From Stramenopiles sp. TOSAG23-3 (taxonomy: Eukaryota), in NCBI GenBank assembly GCA_900128585.1, contig LT642185.1, positions 1 to 39,164 of the forward strand: 39,164 bases of DNA, given 5' to 3'. The notes beneath the pieces are model-generated. The model was not told where the DNA came from. It did not search any database and worked only from the letters and a program-made list of their open reading frames with translations. This document shows, one piece after another, positions 9,049-19,155 of the stretch; positions within the stretch are counted from its first letter, which is position 1, and each line of letters begins with the position of its first letter. Both the position numbers and the translations under genes were made by a program.

Positions 9049-10443
9049 CTAAATGACCAATGAATTTTCATCGACTTGTACAACTTCTTCATCCTCCTTT
9101 TCTTCTTCATCGTCGCTTAGCTCTTCTTTGACTTCCAACATTCTCCCCCCTGAACCACCAGACTCCAGTAACGGGTTCATCGTGCCCGCTTCGCCCAGAC
9201 CGGCAAGGGTATCTTTGCTAGAGCCCCTTGAAATCAATTGTTTCAAGCTACTACCAGTCCTGCTAAGGCTTCTGGAAACCGCCTTCATGGATTTCCGTCG
9301 GATTTTCTTCAAATCCAAACCTGCCAATGGGTTCCTCGATGCCTCCCTGTTCAATTCAACAAGACTCTTCCTTCGAAACTTTTCATCGTCGTTCATGAAC
9401 AACTCTATGTTTTTCTTCCTCAACGTGAAAACTTGCTTTTTCCTCGCTTCGATTGCTTCCGTATCGAGATGGTCGAACTCGTAGTACTTCTGGTACGCGA
9501 TGATCAAGTTGTGTAACTCAATCGAGCGCTCGTATGCTTTCCGCCTGGCGTGAAGGTCGCTCTCCTCCTCTACCGTTTTCAAGAGTTCTTCTTGGGATGC
9601 TAACAGAGCGTACACAAGGTTGGCGTCGAACGGCTGTTCTATCTCGAAAGCTAAGGCATCCCCGTTCTTTTCATCCCCTTCTTTGCCCACTCCCGAATCG
9701 CTCGTAAGTTCCACGTACAGCTCTTCCCACGATTTTTCGACGTCGGCGTCTAAGTCTATGTGCACCAGGGGCTCTAACCAAACCATGTCGTCAAAATGAA
9801 TGTCGTCGCTTGCGAAAGAGTCTGCATTGTACTCTTCCTCGACGATGCTGGCAGTGTCTCCCAACATATGTATCCCCAATGCGTCATACGCCTCCACCAT
9901 GAGGGCGCCCCCGCAAAGCGACTTGGAGGCCACTTGATGGCCGACGGCGAACGTTCCCCCCTCGTTTGTAGGCCCAAGGGGCAAAAGGAGCTCCCGAAGG
10001 TGGGCATACGTTCGGTTACGCTTTGCGCCCACGTACGCGTTTCCCAGCGAGCGCACCGCGGCCTCCTCGTACGCAAGCTCGCCGTGACGACCCGCGGATC
10101 GCTGGAACAAGCGAACCTCGGGGTCGACCAACTGGACGTGCCCGAATCGAGGGCTGCCAGCGGCTTGGTTAAGCTCTAAGAGCTTGAACACCTCTTTATC
10201 GGAGTTTTTGCCCGTCTTCACGACGTCTTGCTTTACGACCATCGCTACGTAGTTCCAGTACTCTGCAATTTTCTCTTCCTTTGATTCAACTTGATCAAAG
10301 TTCTCTTCGAAATCCGCCACCTTTAGGAACAGGAGGTCCCCAGTGTTCAGACATTTTGAGATTTCAGCCCATCTAAAATTGTCTTTCCTTTTCATGTTGG
10401 TATCATCCTCACCCCCCCCATCTTTGCAGCAATGGCACCCCAT
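9049..10443 (-). CDS. Putative N-acylated protein with a degenerate permuted papain-like (YiiX/YebB-type NlpC/P60) domain and an acidic tail
   Basis: MGCHCC start; LNTGDLLF, YWNYVAMVV and LCGGALMVEAYDALGI resemble family motifs (TGD.ll, wsHvgmv, FCSELVa.aY..lG). Confidence 0.6.
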   Translation of the reverse strand: MGCHCCKDGGGEDDTNMKRKDNFRWAEISKCLNTGDLLFLKVADFEENFDQVESKEEKIAEYWNYVAMVVKQDVVKTGKNSDKEVFKLLELNQAAGSPRFGHVQLVDPEVRLFQRSAGRHGELAYEEAAVRSLGNAYVGAKRNRTYAHLRELLLPLGPTNEGGTFAVGHQVASKSLCGGALMVEAYDALGIHMLGDTASIVEEEYNADSFASDDIHFDDMVWLEPLVHIDLDADVEKSWEELYVELTSDSGVGKEGDEKNGDALAFEIEQPFDANLVYALLASQEELLKTVEEESDLHARRKAYERSIELHNLIIAYQKYYEFDHLDTEAIEARKKQVFTLRKKNIELFMNDDEKFRRKSLVELNREASRNPLAGLDLKKIRRKSMKAVSRSLSRTGSSLKQLISRGSSKDTLAGLGEAGTMNPLLESGGSGGRMLEVKEELSDDEEEKEDEEVVQVDENSLVI

Positions 10444-11236
10444 AGAGATGCGAGTATTGAGTGTATCGACAAATGGGCAGACGGACGCCTACGGGGATCC
10501 TTAGTATTATTTAAATATAATATTACATATAAAAAGCAACAACAATTCTATCATAATTATCATCTCAACATTTATTCATAATAAATTTAAAGCGACGTCC
10601 TCGTGTTTAAATACAGGAGGGATGGTGGTGGTGGTGGTGGTGGTGTACAACAAACAATAATATAAAAAATTAAAAAAAGCAAGAAGAATAATTATTAGAA
10701 GAAGAAAGAAATAAAAAAAAAAATTAAAAAAAAAAATCCAAAATTTCGTTATGATTCTAACTCCACCAATGCAGTGGATATATGCTGTGATTATGTATTA
10801 TTAATATATAAAATTCTGGGATAATATATGAATAGAAGACGACTAGCAGATATCAGAGAGTATCTCAGTGTTTAAACTATATAGGTATTTAATAAATATA
10901 AGTATAATAAGTATGTATCCTATTGTATTAAAATATAAACAAACCAAAAAACGTTATTATTTTTTATTATTTATTTTTTTATTTTATTATTATTAGTCTA
11001 TTTCTTTCATATAAAAAAAAGTTATTCGTAAATTAATAACGACGACGCACGACAAAAATGATGATCAGGGAAAGAAAGTGTAGGCAGCCTTTTAATTTCA
11101 ATACTAATTAAAAACAACCAGAACACAAAAACTTCAATTGGAAGAAGGATATTTCTGACATTCGTTTTGTGATAGAAACCAACCCTCTCGTCACCACAGG
11201 CATACACATACACACCGACCGACCGACCGACCGACC

Positions 11237-14050
11237 ATGGCGTTCTTTCCCGTTCAGTTTCTGTGCCTCCTTTTGTGGGCGTTCTCCCTTTCGCACGCGG
11301 GCGCTTCTTCTTGCGAAAGTGCAAACGTTAACGTAACCGTGCTGAAGGGATCTGGCAACGCCATCGACGTGTACTGGGGGGTAAAGAAAAAGGGGGAAAC
11401 GCACGACCAGTTTTACGGCTCGGTAGGATCCAAAGAGATCTGCTTGGCCGGCGGCGTCTACACGATTTTGGGAGAAGCTGGAGGGAATACCCTGGGGTGG
11501 CAGGGGGCAAACCTTTCCATGGTCGACGTGGACGACGGAACAGTTTATTTGAGCGACTGGTTCGGACCTGGCGACGAGAACGATAAGACAACCGAAGTCA
11601 CAATCCCTTGCAGCGTCGGAAAACGGTGGGATTCCGGAAGTGGCGAGTGCGTTGCTTGCAGCGCGGGGAAGTTCGGGATAGGGAAGGGGGACTGCTCGTA
11701 TTCGGTTGCAAACTGCTCTGCGGGGTACTACTGTGGAGGCAGCGGGGGGGCCGCCACGAAATGTCCCTCAGGGAAGTACGGAAATGTGACGGGAAAGTCT
11801 GTCGAGAGTGAGGCTTGCCTGTACAGTTGTGGGGCAAGCACGTATGGGACCGCGGCGGGACAGACGACTGCAAGCGCCGCATGTTCTCCGTGCCCTATCG
11901 GGTTCTTCTGCAGTGGGGGGAGCAATCGTGTTCCATGCCCGGCGGGAAAATGGGGCGCCGTCGCGTCCCAGGCCAGCGAGGCAAATGCGTGCCCAAACGA
12001 TTGCCCTAGCGGAAAGTTCGCGGGCCAGTCGTCCAACAGTGGAAACTCAGCATTGGCAGCGGCGTGCCCTAACGAGTGCCCGAATTCTACGTACGGATCC
12101 GGTGCAGCGAAAGTCAGTCGCCAGGAAGCTTGCACGAGCTGCCCAAGTGGCACGTACGGGTCACTAACTGGGCAATCGAGCGAGGCAAGCGCCTGCACGA
12201 CAGTGTGCCCAAGGGGAAGTTATTGCCCCGGTGGTGGAAAGGTTGTATTTTGCCCTTCGGGCACGTACGGGAATCTATCGAAGGCATCGACGGAACTATC
12301 CGGTTGCCCGGGGAAGTGTCAGGCAGGAAGGTACGGAGCACAGTACACTTTGAGAGTGTCTGGAAAATGCCACAACGCGTTCTCCACAAAGCAAGAGTGC
12401 GGTAGAGTCGCAGTCATCCTGGGCTTGTCAGACACTACTGCCGTTTTTGACGGGATGTCCGGTAGCTCTGATTACCCGACCGGCTGTTACCTAGATGGCA
12501 GCGAGCTGAAGTTCAACGGTGCTGGGAACAACAATGGCGACTGCGCGGACGGCCTTAAGTGCCTTTGCGATGGTTCCGGTGGGAGGACCGTTGAAGAAGC
12601 TTGCAGCGGCCTGTGCCCAGTCGGAAAGTTTGGCTCCGCCACTGGTAAATCGTCCGAAGCGGAGGCGTGCCCAAGTTCGTGCCCCGCGGGGAAAACGGGA
12701 AGGAACAGCACGATTGGGATGCTACGCAGCAATGAAAGCAATGCTTGCGTTTGTAAGTCCCTGGCGTGCAACAACCTTTGCCCTGCTGGGCGGTTTGGTA
12801 CCGGGGTGTTGCCAATGCAGACGAACGGTTGCCCAGGTTGCTCTTCTGGAAAGTATACAATGGCGTATGAAAAGAAAGAGTTCGGATCGTGCAGTCTCCA
12901 GGTGCAATCATTGGAAGAATGCACGCGTGCTGCTCAGTTTGCCGGGTACAGCAGCCACACGGCGGAGGACGACAACCAGCACGATAAGGGGCATATCCCA
13001 ACTGGTTGCTATTTTCTACCTGGCACGAACAAGCTGAAGTTCAACGGGGGCAAGAACAACTGGGGGTACTGCTCGTCGAACGCCGTGTGCATATGCAACG
13101 AAGAGGCGAAATTAGTAAGCTCGGCGTGCCCGAATGTTTGCAGCAGCGGCAAGTACGGCACGTCAAAGGGCCAGGTTTCGGAATCGTCGGCCTGCCCGAA
13201 TGGGTGCCCGTTGGGTCAGACGGCCCGACGATCTAAAACTGGTGCCACGACCGAGACAGCCGCGTGCGTCGTGTGCCCGAGTGGGAAGTACGGCTCAAGC
13301 CCCGGGGAGTGCAGCAACTGCCCCAAGGGATTGGCGTTCCAAGGCAACGCAGGAAAATTTTGCGAAGAGTGCACTGGAGACAAGTACGCAAACATTGCAG
13401 GGATGAGCCGCTGCAAGGTGTGCCCGGAGGGGAAGGTTGCTGTCACGGAGGAATTCGACGTAATCGCTCTTCGTAAGCAGAATTTGACCGTGTCGGGGAA
13501 AGCGTTGCAAACGGGGTGCCGGGACGACCTTGGATATGTCACCTACCTTGCCATAGCAGCTGCCGCTTTGGTTTGTTTCTGTTTGTTTTGTTTCTGCAAA
13601 AGCCAACAGGGCAAGGATGTCAGTACAAGGCTGAGAGATTCGTTTGGTGGAACGATGGAAATGACCAAGCACGTTGCTGGAGCCGACAATTTTTCCGCCG
13701 TGGGAATTGTTTCTACCGAAGACCTGAGGGTGCGCAGTCATACGACCGAAAACCGCGTAAATAAGCTGTCTGGAAACATTCGCCGATTGAAGCAATGGAA
13801 GGAGGTTAAAATTAACTTTGTAGCAAGTACCAACGAGAACGACCTGGTTGTCTCCCTCGACGCATTGCTGGATTTTTTCCTCCAGCATCCTGATTTTCGT
13901 GTCAAGCATGAGGAACTGGATAAAATGAAGGGGCAAAAGGTGACGACCTTGAATCTGCATTCCGTGGCGAGTGATGGTTTGAACCACTGGTCCGGCGCCG
14001 TCGAATCGAAATGGAGGCAGGTCATTGGCAATGCGTGCGTCCTTGCATAA
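11237..14050 (+). CDS. Cysteine-rich type I membrane protein (GCC2/GCC3, ephrin-receptor-like repeats)
   Basis: Signal peptide MAFFPVQFLCLLLWAFSLSHAGA; many C-P-x-G-x-Y/F repeats; TM helix YVTYLAIAAAALVCFCLFCFC; about 150-aa cytoplasmic tail. Confidence 0.88.
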   Translation: MAFFPVQFLCLLLWAFSLSHAGASSCESANVNVTVLKGSGNAIDVYWGVKKKGETHDQFYGSVGSKEICLAGGVYTILGEAGGNTLGWQGANLSMVDVDDGTVYLSDWFGPGDENDKTTEVTIPCSVGKRWDSGSGECVACSAGKFGIGKGDCSYSVANCSAGYYCGGSGGAATKCPSGKYGNVTGKSVESEACLYSCGASTYGTAAGQTTASAACSPCPIGFFCSGGSNRVPCPAGKWGAVASQASEANACPNDCPSGKFAGQSSNSGNSALAAACPNECPNSTYGSGAAKVSRQEACTSCPSGTYGSLTGQSSEASACTTVCPRGSYCPGGGKVVFCPSGTYGNLSKASTELSGCPGKCQAGRYGAQYTLRVSGKCHNAFSTKQECGRVAVILGLSDTTAVFDGMSGSSDYPTGCYLDGSELKFNGAGNNNGDCADGLKCLCDGSGGRTVEEACSGLCPVGKFGSATGKSSEAEACPSSCPAGKTGRNSTIGMLRSNESNACVCKSLACNNLCPAGRFGTGVLPMQTNGCPGCSSGKYTMAYEKKEFGSCSLQVQSLEECTRAAQFAGYSSHTAEDDNQHDKGHIPTGCYFLPGTNKLKFNGGKNNWGYCSSNAVCICNEEAKLVSSACPNVCSSGKYGTSKGQVSESSACPNGCPLGQTARRSKTGATTETAACVVCPSGKYGSSPGECSNCPKGLAFQGNAGKFCEECTGDKYANIAGMSRCKVCPEGKVAVTEEFDVIALRKQNLTVSGKALQTGCRDDLGYVTYLAIAAAALVCFCLFCFCKSQQGKDVSTRLRDSFGGTMEMTKHVAGADNFSAVGIVSTEDLRVRSHTTENRVNKLSGNIRRLKQWKEVKINFVASTNENDLVVSLDALLDFFLQHPDFRVKHEELDKMKGQKVTTLNLHSVASDGLNHWSGAVESKWRQVIGNACVLA

Positions 14051-14372
14051 ATAAAAAAGGAGAGAAATGGTTCATCTTTTAAAAAATAATATAATAATTA
14101 TAAACATGCTGCTGGCGGGCCGCAGGACATCATTTTCACGCAGGTGGTCGGTCTTCTTCTTCTCCTCTGATCTATCATCTTTTTTTTCTTCTTTCTATTA
14201 TTTATTATTATTATTATATTTTTTTAATTAATTGTGTGGTTGTGTTGTGTATGTGTAGTTGGAGTAGTAGAGTATTTAATAAAAATATTTTTTTTTTATA
14301 TAATAATATACTGGTATTATATAATACCAGCAGCAGCAGTAGTATAGATAATAATTATTAATTATATTATTA

Positions 14373-14410
<38 letters not shown>

Positions 14411-14572
14411 AATAATTATTTTATTGCTTCTTTTTTTGATAATAATAAATACAAAACAGGACACAAATATGGAAATAACTATTGTCAAACATCACATGTC
14501 GATGAAGGCAATTTTCCATGCGAAGATCATCTCACACGCGCGATAAAGAGTGGCGGGCACATAGTGACAATA

Positions 14573-15322
14573 ATGGGAAGAAAGTTAGCTATACACTTTT
14601 GCAGAGGGTTTGTGCCGTACCGTAGGGCATTGGCGTGGCAGCGCCGGTTGCAGGAGATTGCTTTTGACCGGGGGAATGCCGCTTCGCAGGACACGTTGCT
14701 GCTAGTTCAACACCCGTCCATCTTTACGCTTGGCAGACGATCGACCCTCGACAATCTACGGTTTGACCATGCTGCTGAACAGGGTATTGATATTATCAGG
14801 GTGGAGCGCGGGGGCGAGGTAACGTGGCACGGGCCAGGGCAGCTGGTGGGGTATCCAATTTTTGATTTAGAGTACCACAAGAAAGACCTGCACTGGTTTC
14901 TACGGGGCATTGAGCAGGTGATCATCGACACACTTGCCGACTACACGCTAACCGCGGAGCGGGATGATGCTGGAACAGGGGTATGGGTTGGTGACTCGAA
15001 AATAGCCGCGATCGGGTTGTCCGCTTCGAAGTGGGTTACGATGCACGGGTTTTCCATAAACGTGAACCCTGACCTCAACGATTTTCAAAGGATTGTGCCG
15101 TGCGGAATCGAGGGTCGTACGGTGACGACGTTGGACAGACTTGTACCTGGCGGCCATAGGGGGAAGGGGGGGTCTCTCTTGGAAGAAGTGGGCATGAATG
15201 TCGGGACCAGGTTTGGTGAGCATTTTGGGATGGAGCTGGACTGGAGTCATGGACCGCCGGAAATTATTGTTCCAGAGGAGGAGGAGATTCACTCGTTCGA
15301 CATTGTCCGGAACAACCGATGA
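14573..15322 (+). CDS. LIPB: Octanoyltransferase (lipoate-protein ligase B)
   Basis: Motifs LLVQHPSIFTLGRR, RGGEVTWHGPGQLVGYPI, KIAAIG, TMHGFSINV and IVPCGI. First ATG is at 14573; the track starts at GTG 14564. Confidence 0.95.
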   Translation: MGRKLAIHFCRGFVPYRRALAWQRRLQEIAFDRGNAASQDTLLLVQHPSIFTLGRRSTLDNLRFDHAAEQGIDIIRVERGGEVTWHGPGQLVGYPIFDLEYHKKDLHWFLRGIEQVIIDTLADYTLTAERDDAGTGVWVGDSKIAAIGLSASKWVTMHGFSINVNPDLNDFQRIVPCGIEGRTVTTLDRLVPGGHRGKGGSLLEEVGMNVGTRFGEHFGMELDWSHGPPEIIVPEEEEIHSFDIVRNNR

Positions 15323-15467
15323 TTGATTTAATATTCGCCTGTCTGCCTGATTTTGCACCTTCATGTGACGTGTGACGGGGAATAACTTTATCGAAGTACT
15401 AATCTCACTACTATTTTGTTTACTATCCAAACTACTAAGCGTCCACCAGCACGTTGTCGAGCAACTC

Positions 15468-16001
15468 TCATGCAAAACGGTATATTATATGAATGCCAGA
15501 CGCCGTAGAAACGGGGACGTCGCTCATCTTCCCAACTTCCAGGGCGAAGGATGCCTTCTCAAATTCTGGCTGCATTTTCCCGCGGCCGAACGGCCCAAGG
15601 TCTCCGTTTCTTTTGTGCGAACTGCAGTCGCTTTCGGTGGAGGCATACTTTCCAAACACATCCCTTAATTTGCTTTCATCGCCCCCGATCTCCCCCAAAA
15701 TGGTCTCCCTGTACGCTTTTACTTCTTCCAAGGCCTCTTCCTTCGTTTTGCTGATCTTTTCCTCCCTCCACGACGACGGCCTTCTAGAACCTTTGTGCTT
15801 TCGTAACAAATGGTATACATGGACTTTCTCCTCGGACTTCGACCGCTTTGTATCGCGCGAACTGTCCCCGGCATCATCCCGGCTACGTTTGGTGGAATCA
15901 GTCGGCTTTTCCCATTGAGTTTTCCCTTCCGGGCTTATGTAATAGAACACCCCCTTCCTGGACTTACTCTCTTTCTTTCTCCAACCTGGCGGTAACGGCA
16001 T
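15468..16001 (-). CDS. PIN1: Peptidyl-prolyl cis-trans isomerase Pin1/Ess1 (WW + parvulin)
   Basis: WW domain LPPGW...YY...TQWEKP; parvulin motifs HLLRKH.GSRRPSSWR, SDCSS, GDLGPFGRGKMQPEFE and SGIHII. Confidence 0.97.
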   Translation of the reverse strand: MPLPPGWRKKESKSRKGVFYYISPEGKTQWEKPTDSTKRSRDDAGDSSRDTKRSKSEEKVHVYHLLRKHKGSRRPSSWREEKISKTKEEALEEVKAYRETILGEIGGDESKLRDVFGKYASTESDCSSHKRNGDLGPFGRGKMQPEFEKASFALEVGKMSDVPVSTASGIHIIYRFA

Positions 16002-16560
16002 GATGATGATTTATGTCAACGGAAGGAAGAAGAAGTGAAGAAAATCAAAGACAGAAAACACAATAGAACAAACAGATAAACAGTACGTTTGAGTTCTTTT
16101 ATATTGAATCCAGAATCCATCTACTTCTTCTGGTGATTGGTTCATTTACTATTTTCAGTATCATCATTTGTTTTTTTTGTTGTACAACAAGATTTGCCAC
16201 AAAACAAGAACTACTCTACTATAATATTATTAATAATAAATAAATAAATAACAACAAACAAAAACTCAAAAAAATGAGAGAAGAAGAATAGAAAGAAGAA
16301 GAAGAAAGAAAAGATGAGATGATGATATTATTGAAAAGAAAAAGAGGTTTTGATAATAATATGTTATTATTTATTATTAGATACATATTATATTATTAGA
16401 ATACGGGGGTGGTCATTTTAAGTACAAAACAAAATTGACCTCCCATATAGTATCCAACTACTCTCTCTTAGATAAATAATATGAAGAAGAAAGAAGAAAG
16501 AAAGAGAAGAAGAACAATAATGGAAAAAAAACATAAAAAAATATTTTTTATAAATAAAAA

Positions 16561-16731
16561 AAGAAGAAGAACAAACAAAAGAAGAAGAAGAAGAAGAAGA
16601 AGAAGAAGAAGAAGAAGAGAGAAGAAGAAGAAGAAGAAGAAGAAGAAGAAGAGAGAAGAAGAAGAAGAAGAAGAAAAAAGAAGAGAGAAGAAGAAGAAGA
16701 AGAAGAAGAAGAAGAGAGAAGAAGAAGAAGA
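16561..16731. repeat. Long (GAA)n purine microsatellite
   Basis: About 170 nt, almost entirely GAA units. Confidence 0.95.
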
Positions 16732-17093
16732 CGACGGCGGCAGTTATAAAATCAATTGAAGGAAATCAATATTAATGTATAATACATATATATAATATAA
16801 TAATAAGATACATAAATAATAAACTTATACGGTAAAACACGTATTTAATAAATATTAAATAATTAATTAAAATCGATCATCATCATATTTTATCATCATA
16901 ATTTTTTTAAAAAATTATTATTATTTATTTACTTTTTGTTACCCCCCTTGTGGAGAAACAAAATGAATGAATGCAAGATGGAAAGACTTCTACAATTTGA
17001 ATGTTGGATGGAAGACATGGTATTTGTTGTTCTTTTTGCCACGGGAAGTTCTGAGACGTGAGTTGTTTCTGCTACTACGGCATTTGAAAAGGA

Positions 17094-18815
17094 ATGAAGA
17101 AGAAAGTCAAAGGGGGCACGAAGGCAAAGGCCCAAAAGGGTAATGGGAAGTCGACGCTGAGAGGGGGGAAGAAAGGTGGGGTCGTCAAGAAGAAAAAGAA
17201 GAAAGGGAAAGCAAAGAGTAAGGGGGGTGCCGACGGGCCAATATACACGCTGAGCGTAGATGCGTTGATAGGGTTGGAGGAAGAATCGCTTCAAGCGAGG
17301 TCGAAAGCCACGTCTAGAGCAAAAGATGCGAACACCAAGTCCAGGCTAGCAGTAGAAGCAGCCACGGAGTCCCTTTTACGGCCTAGCATTGGGAATAGTA
17401 ACGCACTTGATATTTTGGAGGAATCGGACTTTCCGATGGGGAGCGAACCGATGAGCCCCATAATTGAGAGGGGGGTTGTTCAACCGAAGGGGAGTATTGT
17501 AAGATCGTCCATGTCAGGGCTCTCCATGAGCCGTTTGAGTACCAATAAACGGGCGAGCCCGCGGGGGAGACTTCACTCAAGCGCCCAGAGTCGACAAAGC
17601 GTCAGCGATAGCGTAACCAGTAGTACCAGGAACAAATCTAGGAAGAAACACAAGACTCACTTTCATTACTTAGGGGGGAGTGTGAGCTTGCAGGCGGAGA
17701 GGGAACGCCGCGTAGAGTTGGAAGAGCGGCTCTTGGAAGTCCACGAGGCGGTGCAGCGACAAGCGACGCACATACGCCCAACCATGGAAGCGCTGGTCGG
17801 GGCTGTGAACGCCCTGGAGCAAGGCGCGGAGGAACAGGTATCTTTGGAGGAGGAGACCCAGAAGACGCTGGAATTCCTCCAGTCGGAGTTCTCGGCTATT
17901 CGAAGGGAAATGAAGAAAGAAATCCGAAAAGTTAAGGAAACGGGCCAGAAAGAGCTGAAAAAATTGAAAGAGAGCGAGGCCGAGAAGCGTGAAGAGGACC
18001 GCACTGAGTTCAAGAAAGTGATCAATGGGTTGCGGTCGGAATTGGTATTGCTACGCTCTGAGTTTGGCGCGCACAGGGACACCGTGCATGCCCGTTTAGA
18101 GGTTATCCCGGAATCGATGGAAGAGTTGAAAAACCTGTACTCGAGCGGTGTGGCACCTCTGGAAAATGGACTGAAAGCTCTGCGCGAGAAATTCGACAAG
18201 TTAGAGAATAGCATGTACAAGATGGATAAGCAACAGTTGCAAATGAGGTTGGCAATGAGGTCCACCAATGGGCCGGCGGGAGTAGACGAGAAAGGAAATT
18301 TGATTGCGAACGGGAACCCGAGCGCGTCCATGGGGGCTTCCACGGGCACGCAACCGTGGGAGTTGGCGCGGGATGTGAAAGCACTCAGAAAAGAACTGAG
18401 CATTTTAAAAATGTCCGTCAGCGAGGGCAACAGCAGCTTGCGCACTCGTCTGGAGGATGGTGCTTCGCGCATTCGCGCAGCGGTGGAACGGGTCGATGCC
18501 CATAGGGCAGAGTACACTGCTACCATCAGTGAACTTCAGCAAATGTTAAACCGGTCGTGCAGCATTGTCAGGAATGAGGCCAGGGACATGGTCGGAAACA
18601 TGAGAAGTGAGCTGTTGCACATGCTCGACAAAGCTGTGCACCGGGCACAGTACGATAAACTCTACCGGCCCAGCTCCAGCAGGAGCGCAACATCCCAGCC
18701 TTTAAACGTCAGCATGAGGCCTCCACAGCCGCCTCCCGCCCCACCTGCCACCCCGGCAGCACCAGGCGCGTTTTTCCCCCAAGGCCCTGCCGGTGTTGAT
18801 GAGGCGAAGGCTTGA
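17094..18815 (+). CDS. Uncharacterised coiled-coil protein with Lys-rich N-terminus and Pro-rich C-terminus
   Basis: 573-aa ORF with coding-like GC content and long E/K/L/R heptad-like segments; no family recognised. Confidence 0.8.
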   Translation: MKKKVKGGTKAKAQKGNGKSTLRGGKKGGVVKKKKKKGKAKSKGGADGPIYTLSVDALIGLEEESLQARSKATSRAKDANTKSRLAVEAATESLLRPSIGNSNALDILEESDFPMGSEPMSPIIERGVVQPKGSIVRSSMSGLSMSRLSTNKRASPRGRLHSSAQSRQSVSDSVTSSTRNKSRKKHKTHFHYLGGSVSLQAERERRVELEERLLEVHEAVQRQATHIRPTMEALVGAVNALEQGAEEQVSLEEETQKTLEFLQSEFSAIRREMKKEIRKVKETGQKELKKLKESEAEKREEDRTEFKKVINGLRSELVLLRSEFGAHRDTVHARLEVIPESMEELKNLYSSGVAPLENGLKALREKFDKLENSMYKMDKQQLQMRLAMRSTNGPAGVDEKGNLIANGNPSASMGASTGTQPWELARDVKALRKELSILKMSVSEGNSSLRTRLEDGASRIRAAVERVDAHRAEYTATISELQQMLNRSCSIVRNEARDMVGNMRSELLHMLDKAVHRAQYDKLYRPSSSRSATSQPLNVSMRPPQPPPAPPATPAAPGAFFPQGPAGVDEAKA

Positions 18816-18932
18816 AATAATTTCTGCGTTGCAACTCTAAAAATTTTGATTTTCTCATTACGCTTACACTGTTCGAGTTGTATTTATTTTCGCAGTACAT
18901 TAATTTTAATCACTTACAGAACCAAATTAGGA

Positions 18933-19092
18933 TTAGGGTATGAGGACGCTAAATTTAATTATACTTAAAATTGGCTTGGCTGTTATTTAAGTTCTTGTTT
19001 TTAAAAAAACAAAATATATAGTATGTTTTAAGACTCTCATTTTAAATCCAATACTAACTTCAAATATGTTTTTAATAACAGCCAATTTTCTT
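18933..19092. mobile_element. Composite copy of the dispersed repeat family (module C + inverted-repeat arm + intron-like module A + inverted-repeat arm)
   Basis: 18933-18957 is the reverse complement of 4999-5023. AAAATTGGCTTGGCTGTTATTTA (18967-18989) and AATAACAGCCAATTTTCTT (19074-19092) match the arms at 4961-5057. 19020-19065 matches 1609-1653. Confidence 0.65.
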
Positions 19093-19155
19093 CTTGTTCT
19101 CAAAAAAAGATAATTCTGACCATATCAGTATCATAATCATAAGTCTCTTTAATTT

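Noticed and set aside
16481-16759. 92-aa K/R/E-rich ORF (similar ORFs at 184-450, 3104-3346, 14276-14488 and 36427-36636)
   Set aside because: These are translations of microsatellite or low-complexity spacer DNA.
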